Assembly: GCA_031409335.1 (NCBI GenBank)
Contig: JANNWY010000029.1
Coordinates: 1 to 34,368, forward strand
Source of the DNA: Chthoniobacteraceae bacterium
GTDB taxonomy: Bacteria > Verrucomicrobiota > Verrucomicrobiia > Chthoniobacterales > Chthoniobacteraceae
Direction: 5' to 3'
DNA length: 34,368 nucleotides
Both the position numbers and the translations under genes were made by a program. Every line of letters begins with the position of its first letter. The first letter of the stretch is position 1. The notes below the pieces were generated by a model. It did no database searches. It was not told the origin of the DNA and saw only the letters and a list, made by a program, of their open reading frames with translations. This document shows positions 34,327 to 34,368 of the stretch, in pieces.

Positions 34327-34368
34327 TATACACATCTCCTTGCTCATTTCGGTGGCAAAATATTCTGC

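Noticed and set aside
33468..34358. 10-bp inverted repeat ttgccaccga (33468-33477) / tcggtggcaa (34349-34358) as transposon ends
   Set aside because: Too short, no transposase or evident target duplication, and too close to the window edge to evaluate.

Overview
GC-rich bacterial window, most likely Verrucomicrobiota (PVC-type CxxCH protein, Planctomycete/Verrucomicrobia-type ECF sigma, DUF1552, PATR repeats, sulfatases). Every credible full-length gene is on the minus strand. Reading in transcription order (right to left): a decayed type I restriction hsdR 3' remnant riddled with small repeat elements; a PVC-type heme-binding protein; an HPP-family gene; a structured intergenic region; then a ~20-kb array of five large secreted modular proteins (GH99/GH71-like [nonsense-disrupted], G8/CEMIP-TMEM2-like, heparinase II/III-like, zincin metallopeptidase-like, and beta-helix lyase-like + CBM96-like). 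All five end in a related ~130-145 aa C-terminal domain (W..FG / DxDG..LLEYA / RFxR[LV]x[VM]T) that may be an undescribed sorting or anchoring module, and their tails show near-identical DNA blocks and one chimera. Next come a frameshifted sulfatase, a SASA acetylesterase, a truncated GH99-like gene, an intact sulfatase, a sulfatase/AraC deletion scar, a nonsense-disrupted ECF sigma with its anti-sigma partner, and a partial DUF1552 gene. Overall it looks like an accessory island for degrading sulfated/acetylated glycans or glycosaminoglycans, now partly decaying. No rRNA, tRNA, CRISPR array, integrase, transposase or reverse transcriptase was seen. All family calls come from motif recognition by eye; no database searches were run.
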